Program-made: the position numbers and the translations under genes | NCBI GenBank assembly: GCA_965228855.1 | Contig: CBDDIJ010000004.1 | Span: forward strand, 32,001 to 96,000 | Source: Candidatus Obscuribacterales bacterium | Lineage (GTDB): Bacteria; Cyanobacteriota; Vampirovibrionia; Obscuribacterales; Obscuribacteraceae | Direction of reading: 5' to 3' | Length of the DNA stretch: 64,000 bases | Shown: positions 23,029-33,499 of the stretch, one piece after another | How positions within the stretch are numbered: the stretch's first letter is position 1 | Layout: each line of letters opens with the position of its first letter | Notes under the pieces: model-generated | What the model was told of the DNA's origin: nothing | What the model saw: the letters and a program-made list of their open reading frames with translations, nothing else | The model's database searches: none

Positions 23029-23768
23029 TAGCCGGCGCCGGGCTCAAGAAACCGGCGTCGCTGTTCGCGGCCCTGTTCGGCAGCGGCCGCCTGCTCGGCG
23101 GCGGAGAGGGCGTCGGCACGGCCATTGGCGGCGAGCAAGGCGGTGAGGTCGGCGAGTTGCTGCGCCTGAAGGGCGAGAATCTGATTGCCTGCCTGGGTCG
23201 CCTGCAGCGCACCGGTCGCGCCCTGGCTCTCTCCAACCAGAGCCGAGAGTTCGGCGCGCTGCGTCTCGATGTTGCCGACGACGCCGGCCTGGACGCGCAT
23301 CGCATCCTGGAGCGCGCCGACAGTGTTGCCCCAGCGCTCCCGAGCCAGGTCGATGAGGTCCTGGTCGGAAGCGGAGAGGTCCATGTCGGCGTATTGCTGG
23401 GAAAAGATCTGATCGATCTGCTGGACGTCGAAGGCGATGCGCTGGGCCTCGCCCAGCAACTGCTGGGTGCGCTGGACGGACTGCAGAATCTGCTGGAGCG
23501 ATGAATAGGGCAGGCTCGCCAGATTGCGCGCCTGGTTGATCAGCATCTGGGCTTCGTTCTGCAGGCTCTGGATCTGATTGTTGATCTGTTCGAGGGCGCG
23601 GGCCGCTTGCAGCACGTTCTCGGCGTAGTTGGAGGGGTCGAAGACGATGTCGCCGAAGCCGAAGAGCGCGTGGGCAGGCGTGACGGCGAGAGGCGACAAC
23701 GCAACCGGCAGCGTCAGCATGGTGGAGACGAACAGGATGTGGCGGATGCGCGAGCGTGGACGAGTCAT
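23028..23768 (-). CDS. trbJ: Conjugal transfer protein TrbJ, cut near its C-terminus by the junction
   Basis: Signal peptide, then IVFDPSNYAENVLQAARALEQINNQIQSLQNEAQML...SQGATGALQATQAGNQ; ATG at 23768. The terminal PLMI* comes from ciliate DNA. Confidence 0.92.
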
Positions 23769-26239
23769 GGAAGAATCTCCTCTGTGGGTTGATCGAGCGC
23801 CGCGGCCGGAGCGGCGAGATTGCTGAGGTTGGGGATGATGTCGGCGGCCCAATCGAGGTCGCGAGCGCGCAGCCAGGCGTCGAGAAAGCCCTCGCGCCCA
23901 TGCTCGGCCAGCACCTCTTCGATGCGGGCGTGATCCGACTTTGCCGACGCCGCGCACAGCGCCAGGGCGACGTCGCCGAGGCCGAGTTCGAAGAGCCGGT
24001 TGCCGCGGCGGGACTGCGCGTAGTAGTCGCGCTTGGGCAGGGCCCGGGCGATGATCTCGATCTGCCGGTCGTTTAGACCGAAGCGCCGATAGATTGCGGT
24101 GAGTTGGGGCTCGATCGCGCGATCGTTGGGCAACAGGATGCGCGAGTGGCAGGAGTCGATGATCTCGGCCGCGATCGTGCTCTTTTCGAGCTGGGCCAGC
24201 GACTGGGTCGCGAAGATCACGCTGGCGTTCTTCTTGCGAAGCGTGACCAGCCACTGGGCAAGTTGGCTGGCAAAGCCGGGATCGCTCAGCGCCAGCCAGC
24301 CCTCGTCGACGATGACGAGCGTCGGTCTGCCATCGAGCCGCCCGGCGATGCGGTGGAAGAGATAGGCGAGCGTGGCCGGCGCGGCGCCGGTGCCCAGCAG
24401 TCCCTCGGTCTCGAAAGCCAGGACGGACGCCGATCCGAGGGTTTCCGTTTCGGCGTCGAGCAGCCGTCCATAGGGCCCGCCGACACAATAGGGCTCGAGG
24501 GCGCGCTTCAGGTCATTGGACTGGAGCAGCACCGTGAGCCCGGTGACGGTCCGTTCCGCGACGGGGGCCGAGGCAAGTGAGGTGAGCGCCGTCCAGATGT
24601 GCTCCTTGACGTCCGGCATGATGAGCACGCCCTCGCGCGCGAGCATGGCGACGAGCCAGTCGGCGGCCCAGGCGCGTTCGGGCGTGTGTTCGATGCCGGC
24701 AAAGGGCTGGAGCGATACCGAGGTATCGGCGCCTTCGGTCAGTTCGCCACCGAGGTCGTGCCAGTCGCCGCCCATGGCCAGCACGGCGGTGCGGATCGAC
24801 CCGCCGAAATCGAAGGCGAAGACCTGCGAATTCTCGTAACGGCGGAACTGCAGGGCCATCAGCGCCAGCAGCACCGACTTGCCGGCCCCGGTCGGCCCGA
24901 CCACTAGGGTGTGGCCGACGTCACCAACATGAAGGGATAACCGGAACGGGGTCGAGCCTTCCGTCCTGCCAAAGAGCAGTGGGGGTGCACGGAAATGCTC
25001 GTCCCGTTCCGGCCCCGCCCACACCGCCGAGAGCGGGATCATGTGGGCGAGATTCAGTGTGCTGATGGGAGGCTGGCGCACATTGGCGTAGAGGTGCCCG
25101 GGCAGCGTGCCGAGCCAAGCATCGACAGCGTTGATGGTCTCCACCATGCCGGTGAAGTCGCGGCCCTGGATGACCTTCTCGATCAGCCGGAGCCTTTCGT
25201 CGGCAACACCGGGGTCGGCGTCCCAGACCGTCACCGTCGCCGTGACATAGGCCTCGCCGGCATAGTCGGCGCCCAGTTCCTGGAGCGCGAGATCCGCATC
25301 GGCCGCCTTGTTCGCCGCGTCCGTGTCGACCAGTGCGGAAGCTTCGTTGGTCAGCACTTCCTTGACGATCGCGGCGATTGACTTGCGTTTAGCGAACCAT
25401 TGGCGGCGGATGCGTGTCACCAGCCGCGTGGCATCGGTCTTGTCGAGCAGGATGGCGCGGGTCGCCCACCTGTAGGGGAAGGCGAGGCGGTTGAGCTCGT
25501 CGAGAATTCCCGGGGTGGTCGTGCCCGGAAAGCCGACAATGGTCAGGACCCGCAGATGTGTATCGCCCAGGCGCGGCTCGAGCCCGCCGGCGAGCGGCTG
25601 ATCGGCGAGCAGTGCGTCGAGATACATCGGCGTCTCGGGGACGCCGACGCGATGACGCTTGGTCGAGACCGTCGAGTGCAGGTAGGTGAGCGTCTCGGCG
25701 TCATCGAGCCAGCGGCATTCGGGCATGAAGCCGTCGAGGAGCGCCAGTACGCGATCGGTGCGATCGACGAAGCCCTCGAGGATTTCCCAAGGATTGACCC
25801 CCGTCTGCTCGCGGCCCTCGTAGAGCCAGGTTTCGGCGCGGGCGGAATCCTCCGCCGGCGGCAGATAGACGATGGTGAGCAAGTAGCTCGACTCGAAGTG
25901 CGTTCCAGCTTCCTCGAAATCGGCCTTGCGCTCGGTATCGACCAGGGCCGAGGCGGCATCGGGGAATGTGCTTCGCGGATAGGTCGCGGCTTCGTGCCGC
26001 TGCGCCTCGACGAAGATGCTCCAGCCCGAGCCGAGGCGTCGGAAGGCATTGTTGAGGCGGCCGGCGACGCCGACCAGTTCGGCCGGCACCGAACTGTCGA
26101 GATCGGGGCCGCGAAACTTGGCCGAGCGCTGGAGACTGCCGTCCTTGTTGAGGACGACGCCCTGGCCGACCAGGGCGGCCCATGGCAGGTAATCCGCGAG
26201 GCGGGCGCCGGTGCGCCGGTATTCAGCGAGGTTCATCAT
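23765..26239 (-). CDS. trbE: Conjugal transfer ATPase TrbE (VirB4 family)
   Basis: LADYLPWAALV..GVVLNKDGS, Walker A GPTGAGKS, Walker B IVDEGW and LRKKNASVIFATQS. Confidence 0.97.
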   Translation of the reverse strand: MMNLAEYRRTGARLADYLPWAALVGQGVVLNKDGSLQRSAKFRGPDLDSSVPAELVGVAGRLNNAFRRLGSGWSIFVEAQRHEAATYPRSTFPDAASALVDTERKADFEEAGTHFESSYLLTIVYLPPAEDSARAETWLYEGREQTGVNPWEILEGFVDRTDRVLALLDGFMPECRWLDDAETLTYLHSTVSTKRHRVGVPETPMYLDALLADQPLAGGLEPRLGDTHLRVLTIVGFPGTTTPGILDELNRLAFPYRWATRAILLDKTDATRLVTRIRRQWFAKRKSIAAIVKEVLTNEASALVDTDAANKAADADLALQELGADYAGEAYVTATVTVWDADPGVADERLRLIEKVIQGRDFTGMVETINAVDAWLGTLPGHLYANVRQPPISTLNLAHMIPLSAVWAGPERDEHFRAPPLLFGRTEGSTPFRLSLHVGDVGHTLVVGPTGAGKSVLLALMALQFRRYENSQVFAFDFGGSIRTAVLAMGGDWHDLGGELTEGADTSVSLQPFAGIEHTPERAWAADWLVAMLAREGVLIMPDVKEHIWTALTSLASAPVAERTVTGLTVLLQSNDLKRALEPYCVGGPYGRLLDAETETLGSASVLAFETEGLLGTGAAPATLAYLFHRIAGRLDGRPTLVIVDEGWLALSDPGFASQLAQWLVTLRKKNASVIFATQSLAQLEKSTIAAEIIDSCHSRILLPNDRAIEPQLTAIYRRFGLNDRQIEIIARALPKRDYYAQSRRGNRLFELGLGDVALALCAASAKSDHARIEEVLAEHGREGFLDAWLRARDLDWAADIIPNLSNLAAPAAALDQPTEEILP

Positions 26240-26248
26240 CGCGGCACC

Positions 26249-26509
26249 TCACAATCCGAGATGCGCGGGGATGCGCAGATGCCGGCGTACGACCTCGACG
26301 AAGAGCGGATCGCGCCGGGCCGCCCAGACGGCCGCCAGATGTCCGATCGCCCAGAGCACGATGCCGACGATCCAGAGCCGAAGGCCGAGACCGAGCGCGG
26401 CGGCCAGCGTGCCGTTGAGGATCGCGACCGAGCGTGGGGCGCCGCCGAGCAGGATCGGCTCGGTCAGAGCCCGACGGACGGGTGCGGAAAAGCCCGGAAC
26501 CTCTTCCAT
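26249..26509 (-). CDS. trbD: TrbD (VirB3 family)
   Basis: MEEVPGFSAPVRRALTEPILLGGAPRSVAILNGT...AARRDPLF, located between trbC and trbE. Confidence 0.9.
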   Translation of the reverse strand: MEEVPGFSAPVRRALTEPILLGGAPRSVAILNGTLAAALGLGLRLWIVGIVLWAIGHLAAVWAARRDPLFVEVVRRHLRIPAHLGL

Positions 26510-26838
26510 CAGATCACGGCCCCGCCGCCGAAGCTGAAGAAGGAAAGGAAGAAGGAACTGGCCGCGAAGGCGATCGAGAGACCGAAGACGATCTGGACCA
26601 GCCGCCTGAACCCGCCCGAGGTGTCGCCGAAGGCGAGCGTCAGGCCGGTGACGATGATGATGATCACCGCGATGATCTTGGCGACCGGCCCTTCGATGGA
26701 TTCGAGGATCTGCTGCAGCGGCTCTTCCCAGGGCATGGACGATCCGGCCGCGTAGGCGGCGTTCGTCATGACAAGGGTGAGAGAGGTGGCGAGCGCGGTC
26801 GCCGCGAGGCGCACACGGGCACGTAGCGTCATTTTCAT
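26509..26838 (-). CDS. trbC: TrbC pilin (VirB2 family)
   Basis: AYAAGSSMPWEEPLQQILESIEGPVAKIIAVIIIIVTGLTLAFGD. Confidence 0.93.
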   Translation of the reverse strand: MKMTLRARVRLAATALATSLTLVMTNAAYAAGSSMPWEEPLQQILESIEGPVAKIIAVIIIIVTGLTLAFGDTSGGFRRLVQIVFGLSIAFAASSFFLSFFSFGGGAVI

Positions 26839-27824
26839 TGCGGGGCTCCATTGGGTTCGGGGGACGTGATCGTGGGGGCAAGGTCGTAGTCGCTGGTCGC
26901 TCCGAGCCCGGTGACGTCGACGAGTTCGGCGAGCCGCCGTGCTGACCCGCGACCCGAGAGCACGGCGATGACGTCGATCGTCTCGGCGATGAGCGCGCGC
27001 GGCACGGTGACGACGGCTTCCTGGATGAGTTGCTCGAGGCGCCGCAGGGCGCCGATGGCCGTACCGGCATGGATGGTGCCGATGCCGCCCGGATGACCGG
27101 TCGACCACGCCTTCAACAGGTCGAGCGCCTCGGCGCCGCGCACCTCGCCGATCGGGATCCGATCGGGCCGCAGCCGAAGGGAGGAGCGGACGAGTTCGGA
27201 CAGGGAGACGACGCCATCCCGGGTGCGTAACGCCACGAGGTTGGGCGCGGCGCATTGCAGTTCACGGGTGTCTTCGATGAGAACGACACGATCGCCAGTG
27301 CGGGCGACCTCGGCGAGAAGGGCGTTCGTCAGCGTCGTCTTGCCGGTCGACGTGCCGCCGGCAACGAGGATGTTCTTCCGTTCGGCGACGGCCCGGCGCA
27401 GTGCGTCGGCCTGCGCATCGGACATGATGCCAGCCGCCACATAGTCCGCGAGCGAGAACACCGCGACAGCGGGCTTGCGGATCGCGAAGGCAGGTGCCGC
27501 AACCACCGGCGGCAGCAGACCCTCGAAACGCTCCCCCGTTCCGGGCAACTCAGCCGAGACGCGCGGGGCACCGGAATGGACTTCGGCGCCGACATGGTGC
27601 GCGACAAGGCGGATGATGCGTTCGCCGTCCGTGGCCGACAGTTTCTCGCCGGTATCGGCAAGGCCACTCGCCAAGCGGTCGATCCAGAGCCGCCCATCGG
27701 GGTTGAGCATCACCTCGACGATCGCAGGATCGTCCAGAAACCTGGCGACGGCCGGGCCGAGGGCGGTGCGCAGCATGCGCGTGCCGCGTTCGACCGCCAC
27801 CGACTCTCTGGAAGAAACAACCAC
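26835..27824 (-). CDS. trbB: P-type conjugative ATPase TrbB (VirB11 family)
   Basis: [27 protein letters not shown] and [15 protein letters not shown]. Confidence 0.96.
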   Translation of the reverse strand: MVVSSRESVAVERGTRMLRTALGPAVARFLDDPAIVEVMLNPDGRLWIDRLASGLADTGEKLSATDGERIIRLVAHHVGAEVHSGAPRVSAELPGTGERFEGLLPPVVAAPAFAIRKPAVAVFSLADYVAAGIMSDAQADALRRAVAERKNILVAGGTSTGKTTLTNALLAEVARTGDRVVLIEDTRELQCAAPNLVALRTRDGVVSLSELVRSSLRLRPDRIPIGEVRGAEALDLLKAWSTGHPGGIGTIHAGTAIGALRRLEQLIQEAVVTVPRALIAETIDVIAVLSGRGSARRLAELVDVTGLGATSDYDLAPTITSPEPNGAPQ

Positions 27825-27982
27825 GTCGTCCCCACTCCGCTTGTGGGCCCGCGCGACGGGGGCCCTGGATCGGGGATGAGTAGAAAAGGCAGGAATGGGC
27901 CGGCGGCAACAAGCCTCAAGCGGTCGTCGTACCCTGGCGTGGAATTACAGGGGGACGGCGGATAGGCCTGTTCGGCGTCAGC

Positions 27983-28432
27983 CTATTCCGAGCCGCTCGC
28001 CGACGAATCGGGCGATGGCATGACGTCTTCGGGTATCTCGTTCCGCAGCTTCGGTCCCTGCGCGAGCCGGCGGCCGAGCGCAGCGACGAAGGCATCGTAG
28101 CGCTTGCCCGACTGGGCACGCGCCGCCGCCTGGGCCGGCTCTGGAAGCTGTGGCGTCGTCGTCAGCCAGAAGCGCACGAACACCGCGAGTGTCTCGACCG
28201 ATATCCCGAGATCCCGTTCCAGCCGATTGAGACGCCGATCGATCTGGTCGAGCCGTTTGGTCATGGCCGCTTCCTGCCGCTCGGCGGCGTCGGGCGAGAG
28301 GAAGGATGCGATCGCGGCCTCAGCCACCAGCGACCGGGACAGGTCACGACGGGCTGCGTGCTCCACCAGCGCCTTCATCACCGGCGGATCGAGATAGATG
28401 GAGAGGCGCTGCTTCTTGCCGGGCTTCGCCAT
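27983..28432 (-). CDS. CopG/ribbon-helix-helix protein of the traG-trb operon
   Basis: RLSIYLDP...SRSLVAEAAIASFLSPDAAERQEAA..KRLD, at the conserved position between traG and trbB. Confidence 0.85.
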   Translation of the reverse strand: MAKPGKKQRLSIYLDPPVMKALVEHAARRDLSRSLVAEAAIASFLSPDAAERQEAAMTKRLDQIDRRLNRLERDLGISVETLAVFVRFWLTTTPQLPEPAQAAARAQSGKRYDAFVAALGRRLAQGPKLRNEIPEDVMPSPDSSASGSE

Positions 28433-28440
28433 GGCGGGCC

Positions 28441-30426
28441 TCACAGCATGCCGTCGCCAGGATCGAGATCGGCCTGCCGTGCGATCCTCTGCATCGAGCG
28501 ATTGAGGTTCTGAGCGAGGACAGCCGCCTCGTCATCGGCGTCACGATCGACATCGAATTCGTCGTCAGGGGTTGGCGTCGACTCGGGCACGATCTTGCTG
28601 CTGAGTTCGGGCTGCCGGCGTTTCTCGGATTCGGTCGGATCCTCGTCATCGACCGGCGTCACGGAGGGGAGATGGCGGGCCGCGAGGTCCGGGTGCTGGG
28701 GCATTCGAAGTCCGCTCCAGTCGTCCTCGGTCGCGGCATGTCGATGCTGGATCGCAGGTGGTGGCAGGATGCGTTCCTTGAAGCGGCCGTCTTCGTAGTA
28801 GCGTGCTTTGCGTGCGCGGATGGGGTGGATTCCGGCGACCATGACGATCTCGTCGCTTGGCGGAAGCTGCATGACCTCACCGGGGGTCAGCAGCGGACGC
28901 GCCGTCTCTTGGCGGGACACCATCAGGTGGCCGAGCCAGGGCGAGAGGCGATGGCCGGCATAGTTTTTCATCGCCCGCATTTCGGTCGCGGTGCCGAGTG
29001 CGTCCGATACGCGCTTGGCTGTCCGCTCGTCGTTGGTCGCGAAGGAGACGCGGACGTGGCAGTTGTCGAGGATGGAATTGTTCGGCCCGTAGGCCCGCTC
29101 GATCTGGTTGAGCGACTGGGCAATGAGGAACGACTTGAGGCCGTAACCGGCCATGAAGGCCAGCGCCGACTCGAAGAAGTCGAGGCGGCCAAGCGCGGGA
29201 AACTCATCGAGCATCAGCAACAGGCGGTGACGGCTCGACCTGGCATTGAGGTCTTCGGTGAGGCGCCGGCCGATCTGATTGAGCAGGAGACGCACCAGCG
29301 GCTTGGTCCGGTTGATGTCCGATGGCGGCACGACGAGGTAGAGCGTCGTAGGGCGATCGGCCGCAACGATTTCGGCGATGCGCCAGTCACAGCGCGACGT
29401 CACCGCCGCCACGACCGGATCACGGTAGAGTCCGAGGAAGCTCATCGCCGTGCTCAGCACGCCTGAGCGTTCGTTGTCGGACTTGTTGAGCAGTTCGCGC
29501 GCGGCCGACGCCACCACGGGGTGTGGACCCGCATCACCCAGGTGGCGGGTTTTCATCATCGCGGCGAGCGTGGCCTCGATCGAGCGGGCCGGATCGGACA
29601 GGAAGTTGGCAACGCCCGCTAGCGTCTTGTCCTTCTCGGCATAGAGCACGTGGAGGATGGCACCGACCAGGAGGGCATGCGAGGTCTTCTCCCAATGATT
29701 GCGGCGCTCGAGCGAGCCCTCGGGGTCGACCAGGATGTCGGCGATGTTCTGGACATCGCGAACTTCCCACTCTCCACGTCGCACCTCGAGCAGCGGATTG
29801 TACGCGGAGGACGCTGCGTTCGTCGGATCGAACAGCAGCACGCGGCCGTGTCTTGCTCGAAAGCCGGCCGTGAGGCTCCAGTTCTCGCCCTTGATGTCAT
29901 GGACGATGGCCGAGCCCGGCCAGGTTAGCAGCGAGGGAATGACGAGGCCCACGCCCTTGCCCGATCGCGTCGGTGCAAAGCACAGCACGTGCTCAGGGCC
30001 ATCGTGGCGCAGGTAGTCGTGTTCGTAGCGGCCGAGCACGACGCCGTCAGTCCCAAGAAGGCCCGCCTCCTTGATCTCAGGGGGTGTGGCCCAGCGTGCC
30101 GAGCCGTAGGTTTCGATATTGTCCGCCTCGCGTGCGCGCAGAACCGACATGAAGATCGCTGCCGCAATGGACGCGAAGCCACCGGAGGCAGCGATGATGC
30201 CACCCTCTTGGAAGATCGACCGCGCGTAAGCGTCGTAGGAGAACCACCACCAGAAGAAGGCGGGTGGGTAGTAGACCGGCCAACCCGCGAGATGAAACCA
30301 AGGTGCGCCTAGTTGTGGCTGAAAGCCGAGGCGCCAAGCCGTCCATTGAGTGGCGCACCAGACCGCCGTTAGCACAATCAGCCCGACAACAACGATCTGA
30401 CCCCAGAGGATTTTCGTTCCCGACAC
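28441..30426 (-). CDS. traG: Type IV coupling protein TraG/VirD4
   Basis: YGSARWA, HVLCFAPTRSGKGVGLVIP, HDIKGENW and LLMLDEFPALG. Confidence 0.97.
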   Translation of the reverse strand: MSGTKILWGQIVVVGLIVLTAVWCATQWTAWRLGFQPQLGAPWFHLAGWPVYYPPAFFWWWFSYDAYARSIFQEGGIIAASGGFASIAAAIFMSVLRAREADNIETYGSARWATPPEIKEAGLLGTDGVVLGRYEHDYLRHDGPEHVLCFAPTRSGKGVGLVIPSLLTWPGSAIVHDIKGENWSLTAGFRARHGRVLLFDPTNAASSAYNPLLEVRRGEWEVRDVQNIADILVDPEGSLERRNHWEKTSHALLVGAILHVLYAEKDKTLAGVANFLSDPARSIEATLAAMMKTRHLGDAGPHPVVASAARELLNKSDNERSGVLSTAMSFLGLYRDPVVAAVTSRCDWRIAEIVAADRPTTLYLVVPPSDINRTKPLVRLLLNQIGRRLTEDLNARSSRHRLLLMLDEFPALGRLDFFESALAFMAGYGLKSFLIAQSLNQIERAYGPNNSILDNCHVRVSFATNDERTAKRVSDALGTATEMRAMKNYAGHRLSPWLGHLMVSRQETARPLLTPGEVMQLPPSDEIVMVAGIHPIRARKARYYEDGRFKERILPPPAIQHRHAATEDDWSGLRMPQHPDLAARHLPSVTPVDDEDPTESEKRRQPELSSKIVPESTPTPDDEFDVDRDADDEAAVLAQNLNRSMQRIARQADLDPGDGML

Positions 30427-30489
30427 GACTCTGCTCCTTTCGAACAGAGGTCGGTCAGTCTACATCAGGGCTCAAGGTCAATTCGCCCT

Positions 30490-31470
30490 GTGTCGCACTG
30501 CAGCGAGCGGTATCGAGAAAGTACAGGCGCGATGCGATATCCACGCGCGGTGACGGCGGACACGATGGATGAAATGGATTGGGCGCTTTGGTCCTTGCGA
30601 TACCTGAAGGAAGCTCGAGCAGCCATACACGACGAGTTCAATGACGTAATGGGCGAAATTCCTGGCTACCACGGTGCACGTGGGGAAAGCTGGTACTCGA
30701 CCTGCAAGAACATCATTCAGACGTTGTATCACTACTCATTGGAGTTCGTCGGTGGTCTGCAGATACCGAGTGCTGAGTTCCCCTCACCCGGGGCGGTTGA
30801 GGAGAAGCTGGCGGAGTACCGCGCTTTCGTCCATGCGATGCTGGTCGATCTAAACAGAGAGGAAGATGCTTACCGCGCCAAGCACAAGGTGGATGGACCT
30901 CCGTTCTTGGTGAGCGCGGCACGCAAGCAGGTAAGCTACCTGCTGAGCGCGATTGACTACGTCACTTCAAAAAGGCCGAAGCCGATTGCCGCTGCACCCG
31001 AGATAGATGACGTTGACATTATCGTGGAACTTGGACGGCGATTCCACGAGTCGGTGCTCAGTTTGCGGAAACACCCGCACGGTGGTTCGACGATCGAAGT
31101 TGGCGACGAATGGGACTGCCAATATCTCTTCAGAGCGATCCTTGCCGGCTACTTCGCCGATATTCGGGACGAGGAATGGAACCCATCCGTGGCCGGCACA
31201 TCGGCGCGGTGTGAGTTCTTCTTGAAGACGCTGCGCCTAATGGTCGAACTCAAATATGTGCGCAAGTCCGGTGACACTGCAAAGGTCAAAGCCGAGTTAG
31301 CTACCGACCTCCTCGACTACGGGGCCAATCCACTCGTCGATCACGTGGTGTGTCTCGTCTATGATCCAAGCCATGCGCTTAAGAATCCGGTAGCACTCCA
31401 GACCGATCTGTCGGGACCGACGAAGGGCCTGAAGTCGGTGAGGGTCGTTGTGTCTCCACCGCGCGATTGA
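30490..31470 (+). CDS. Cargo protein with a C-terminal PD-(D/E)XK nuclease-like domain (REase_DpnII-MboI-like)
   Basis: DEWDCQYLFRAIL..YF.DIRDEEWNPSVAG.SARCEFFL....LMVELKY. It is on the opposite strand and has lower GC than the backbone. Confidence 0.7.
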   Translation: MSHCSERYRESTGAMRYPRAVTADTMDEMDWALWSLRYLKEARAAIHDEFNDVMGEIPGYHGARGESWYSTCKNIIQTLYHYSLEFVGGLQIPSAEFPSPGAVEEKLAEYRAFVHAMLVDLNREEDAYRAKHKVDGPPFLVSAARKQVSYLLSAIDYVTSKRPKPIAAAPEIDDVDIIVELGRRFHESVLSLRKHPHGGSTIEVGDEWDCQYLFRAILAGYFADIRDEEWNPSVAGTSARCEFFLKTLRLMVELKYVRKSGDTAKVKAELATDLLDYGANPLVDHVVCLVYDPSHALKNPVALQTDLSGPTKGLKSVRVVVSPPRD

Positions 31471-31515
31471 TGAAGTCGTCGGAGAGACTGAAAGTGGCCC
31501 ACGGCTCGTCCAACC

Positions 31516-33255
31516 TCATAGACCCAGTCCCCGCTTCCGGCTGAAACTCCAATCGACACCGCCGTCGCCGCGGGCGACGCCTGAGATATGCTGGCCCAGC
31601 CTCTTGTCGAGCGAAGGCGTCCACGGGACGAGCTGGAAGCCGAGCCCATCGTCGATCATGGCGAAGCGGCCCGATGCCAGCGTGAAGCGCTGACGGTACG
31701 TGCCGGCGACATAGCCGCCTGTGGGTGCCTTGTTGAAAGGCCGGCCAAGTTCAGTGGCGAGTTTGTCGCCGAGGGCCTCCACCTCACGTTGACGCAGCGT
31801 ATCAAGGAGACGGCGCGTGAAGACCACGCGGCTGCCGTGGCGCTGGGCGAGACCCTCCTCGACCAGATGCTCGGCGCGGCGGTCGAGCGCTTCCCGCACC
31901 TCCCGGCCGAAGCCGCCTTCACCGAGCGCGATCGGATCGTGGCTCACGGCCTGCCGGTCGAGCCAGGTGGCGCCGGCCGCCGAAACCTGGCCGTCAATCG
32001 GCGGGTCGGACCGCACGGCAATCGCTACTCTCTGGCGCCCCTGGATGTCCTCGAACTTGCGCAACTCGACGATCGAGCCCGGCGCGCTGTCACCCGCGGC
32101 GTCAAGGTCGGGCAGCCTGATGTGGTGGGTGCGGCCGTCGACGGCGTCGATCACGACATAGGCGGTTCCGCTTAACTCGTCATCGAGTCCGCGATCGACA
32201 AGTCGGCCGATGACGGGATCGTCGAGCTTCTCGCCGGCCAGGACGAAGCTCGACGCACCGCGGTCGATGCCGCGATCCGTGAGGGCGCGGTTCAGGCGCT
32301 TGATGATGTCGCCTCGCTCGCCGACTTCGCGCATGGTCGCTTCCGCGTTGTCGGATAGAAACCACTGGCTGTGTCCGACCTGATGGGCGACGCCGAAGAC
32401 CTCAAGCGTACGCAGGCGCCCGACCTTGAGCGCATGATACGCATCGGGCTGTTCGCCGGCGCGCGGGGCGAGATCGACGATGCCGCTCTTCATCCCGTCG
32501 CGCTTGAGCTGCTGGTCGAGACTGGTCCAGCGCTCGGCCTCGACCTGGCTTTCGAGCTGGCGCCGGATATCCTGGTCGGTGCGCGGGCCAAGCTCCTGGG
32601 TGATGAGATCGCGCGCGCGATCACGCATGCCCTCCTTGATGTAGTCGCGGGAGATGACGAGGTTCTCGCCGTCCTCGCGCACGCCGCGGACGATCAGATG
32701 GACGTGCGGATGCTCGGTGTTCCAGTGGTCGACGGCCACCCAGTCGAGCCTGGTATCAAGGTCCCGCTCCATTTGATCGACGAGATCGCGGGTGAACGAT
32801 TTGAGGGCGGCGATCTCAAGTGCATCGTCCGGTGAGACGATGAAGCGGAAATGATGTCGGTCGTCCTTGCAGCGCTCGGCGAAATCCTCCGCATCGACAT
32901 CCTCCACGCCGGGACCGAAGAGCCGCGCCTTCTCCCCGTCCCGGGTGACGCCGTCGCGGCGGAGATACGACAGGTGGTTCGGCAGATTGCCCCCGCGCAG
33001 ATTCATGCGCACGACGCGGGCCTTGATCACCGCGCCGCGCGAACGTGCCGTGAGAAGACGATTGGCCTGCACCGATGCGCGTCGTCCGCGCCCGAAGCGC
33101 GAGCGATTGCCGGGGCCGATCCTGCCCTGGCGGGAGACTGAGCCGCCTGCTTTCTGCGCGGCGGCGAGCGCCTGGGCGACGAAGGGCCGCGCGCGCTGTG
33201 TCTTGCTCGAGCGGATACGGCCAGGGCGGACGCGGAACTCGCGCTCGTCGCTCAT
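31516..33255 (-). CDS. MOBP (VirD2/RlxS-like, DUF3363) relaxase
   Basis: HLSYLRRDG (catalytic Tyr), HHFRFIVSP and AVDHWNTEHPHVHLIV (3H motif). Likely start is MSDEREF at 33255. Confidence 0.93.
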   Translation of the reverse strand: MSDEREFRVRPGRIRSSKTQRARPFVAQALAAAQKAGGSVSRQGRIGPGNRSRFGRGRRASVQANRLLTARSRGAVIKARVVRMNLRGGNLPNHLSYLRRDGVTRDGEKARLFGPGVEDVDAEDFAERCKDDRHHFRFIVSPDDALEIAALKSFTRDLVDQMERDLDTRLDWVAVDHWNTEHPHVHLIVRGVREDGENLVISRDYIKEGMRDRARDLITQELGPRTDQDIRRQLESQVEAERWTSLDQQLKRDGMKSGIVDLAPRAGEQPDAYHALKVGRLRTLEVFGVAHQVGHSQWFLSDNAEATMREVGERGDIIKRLNRALTDRGIDRGASSFVLAGEKLDDPVIGRLVDRGLDDELSGTAYVVIDAVDGRTHHIRLPDLDAAGDSAPGSIVELRKFEDIQGRQRVAIAVRSDPPIDGQVSAAGATWLDRQAVSHDPIALGEGGFGREVREALDRRAEHLVEEGLAQRHGSRVVFTRRLLDTLRQREVEALGDKLATELGRPFNKAPTGGYVAGTYRQRFTLASGRFAMIDDGLGFQLVPWTPSLDKRLGQHISGVARGDGGVDWSFSRKRGLGL

Positions 33256-33399
33256 CGTGCAGATCCTGCACATCGCGCCAAGGCGCGAAGAATTATGGAA
33301 AATTGCCCATAGCGCGATGTAGCCGCTGCAAGCGCACATCGCGCAAAAGTCCTGCAAGTCGTTGAAACATAACCCCCCGACCGCAGCGCACCTCGCGCC

Positions 33400-33414
33400 C
33401 CTTTATCCTGCCAT
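33400..33414 (+). promoter_or_regulatory. Putative oriT nic site (TATCCTG^C)
   Basis: ctttATCCTG^CCA at 33401-33413 matches the IncP/T-DNA-border nick motif and lies just upstream of the relaxase. Confidence 0.8.
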
Positions 33415-33499
33415 CGTGCGGTTGTGGTGCTGGCTTCCCGCCTTGATGCCTTCCATGCCACGCTGCGGTTCGCCATGACGCGATGGGATGGAGCGCGCC

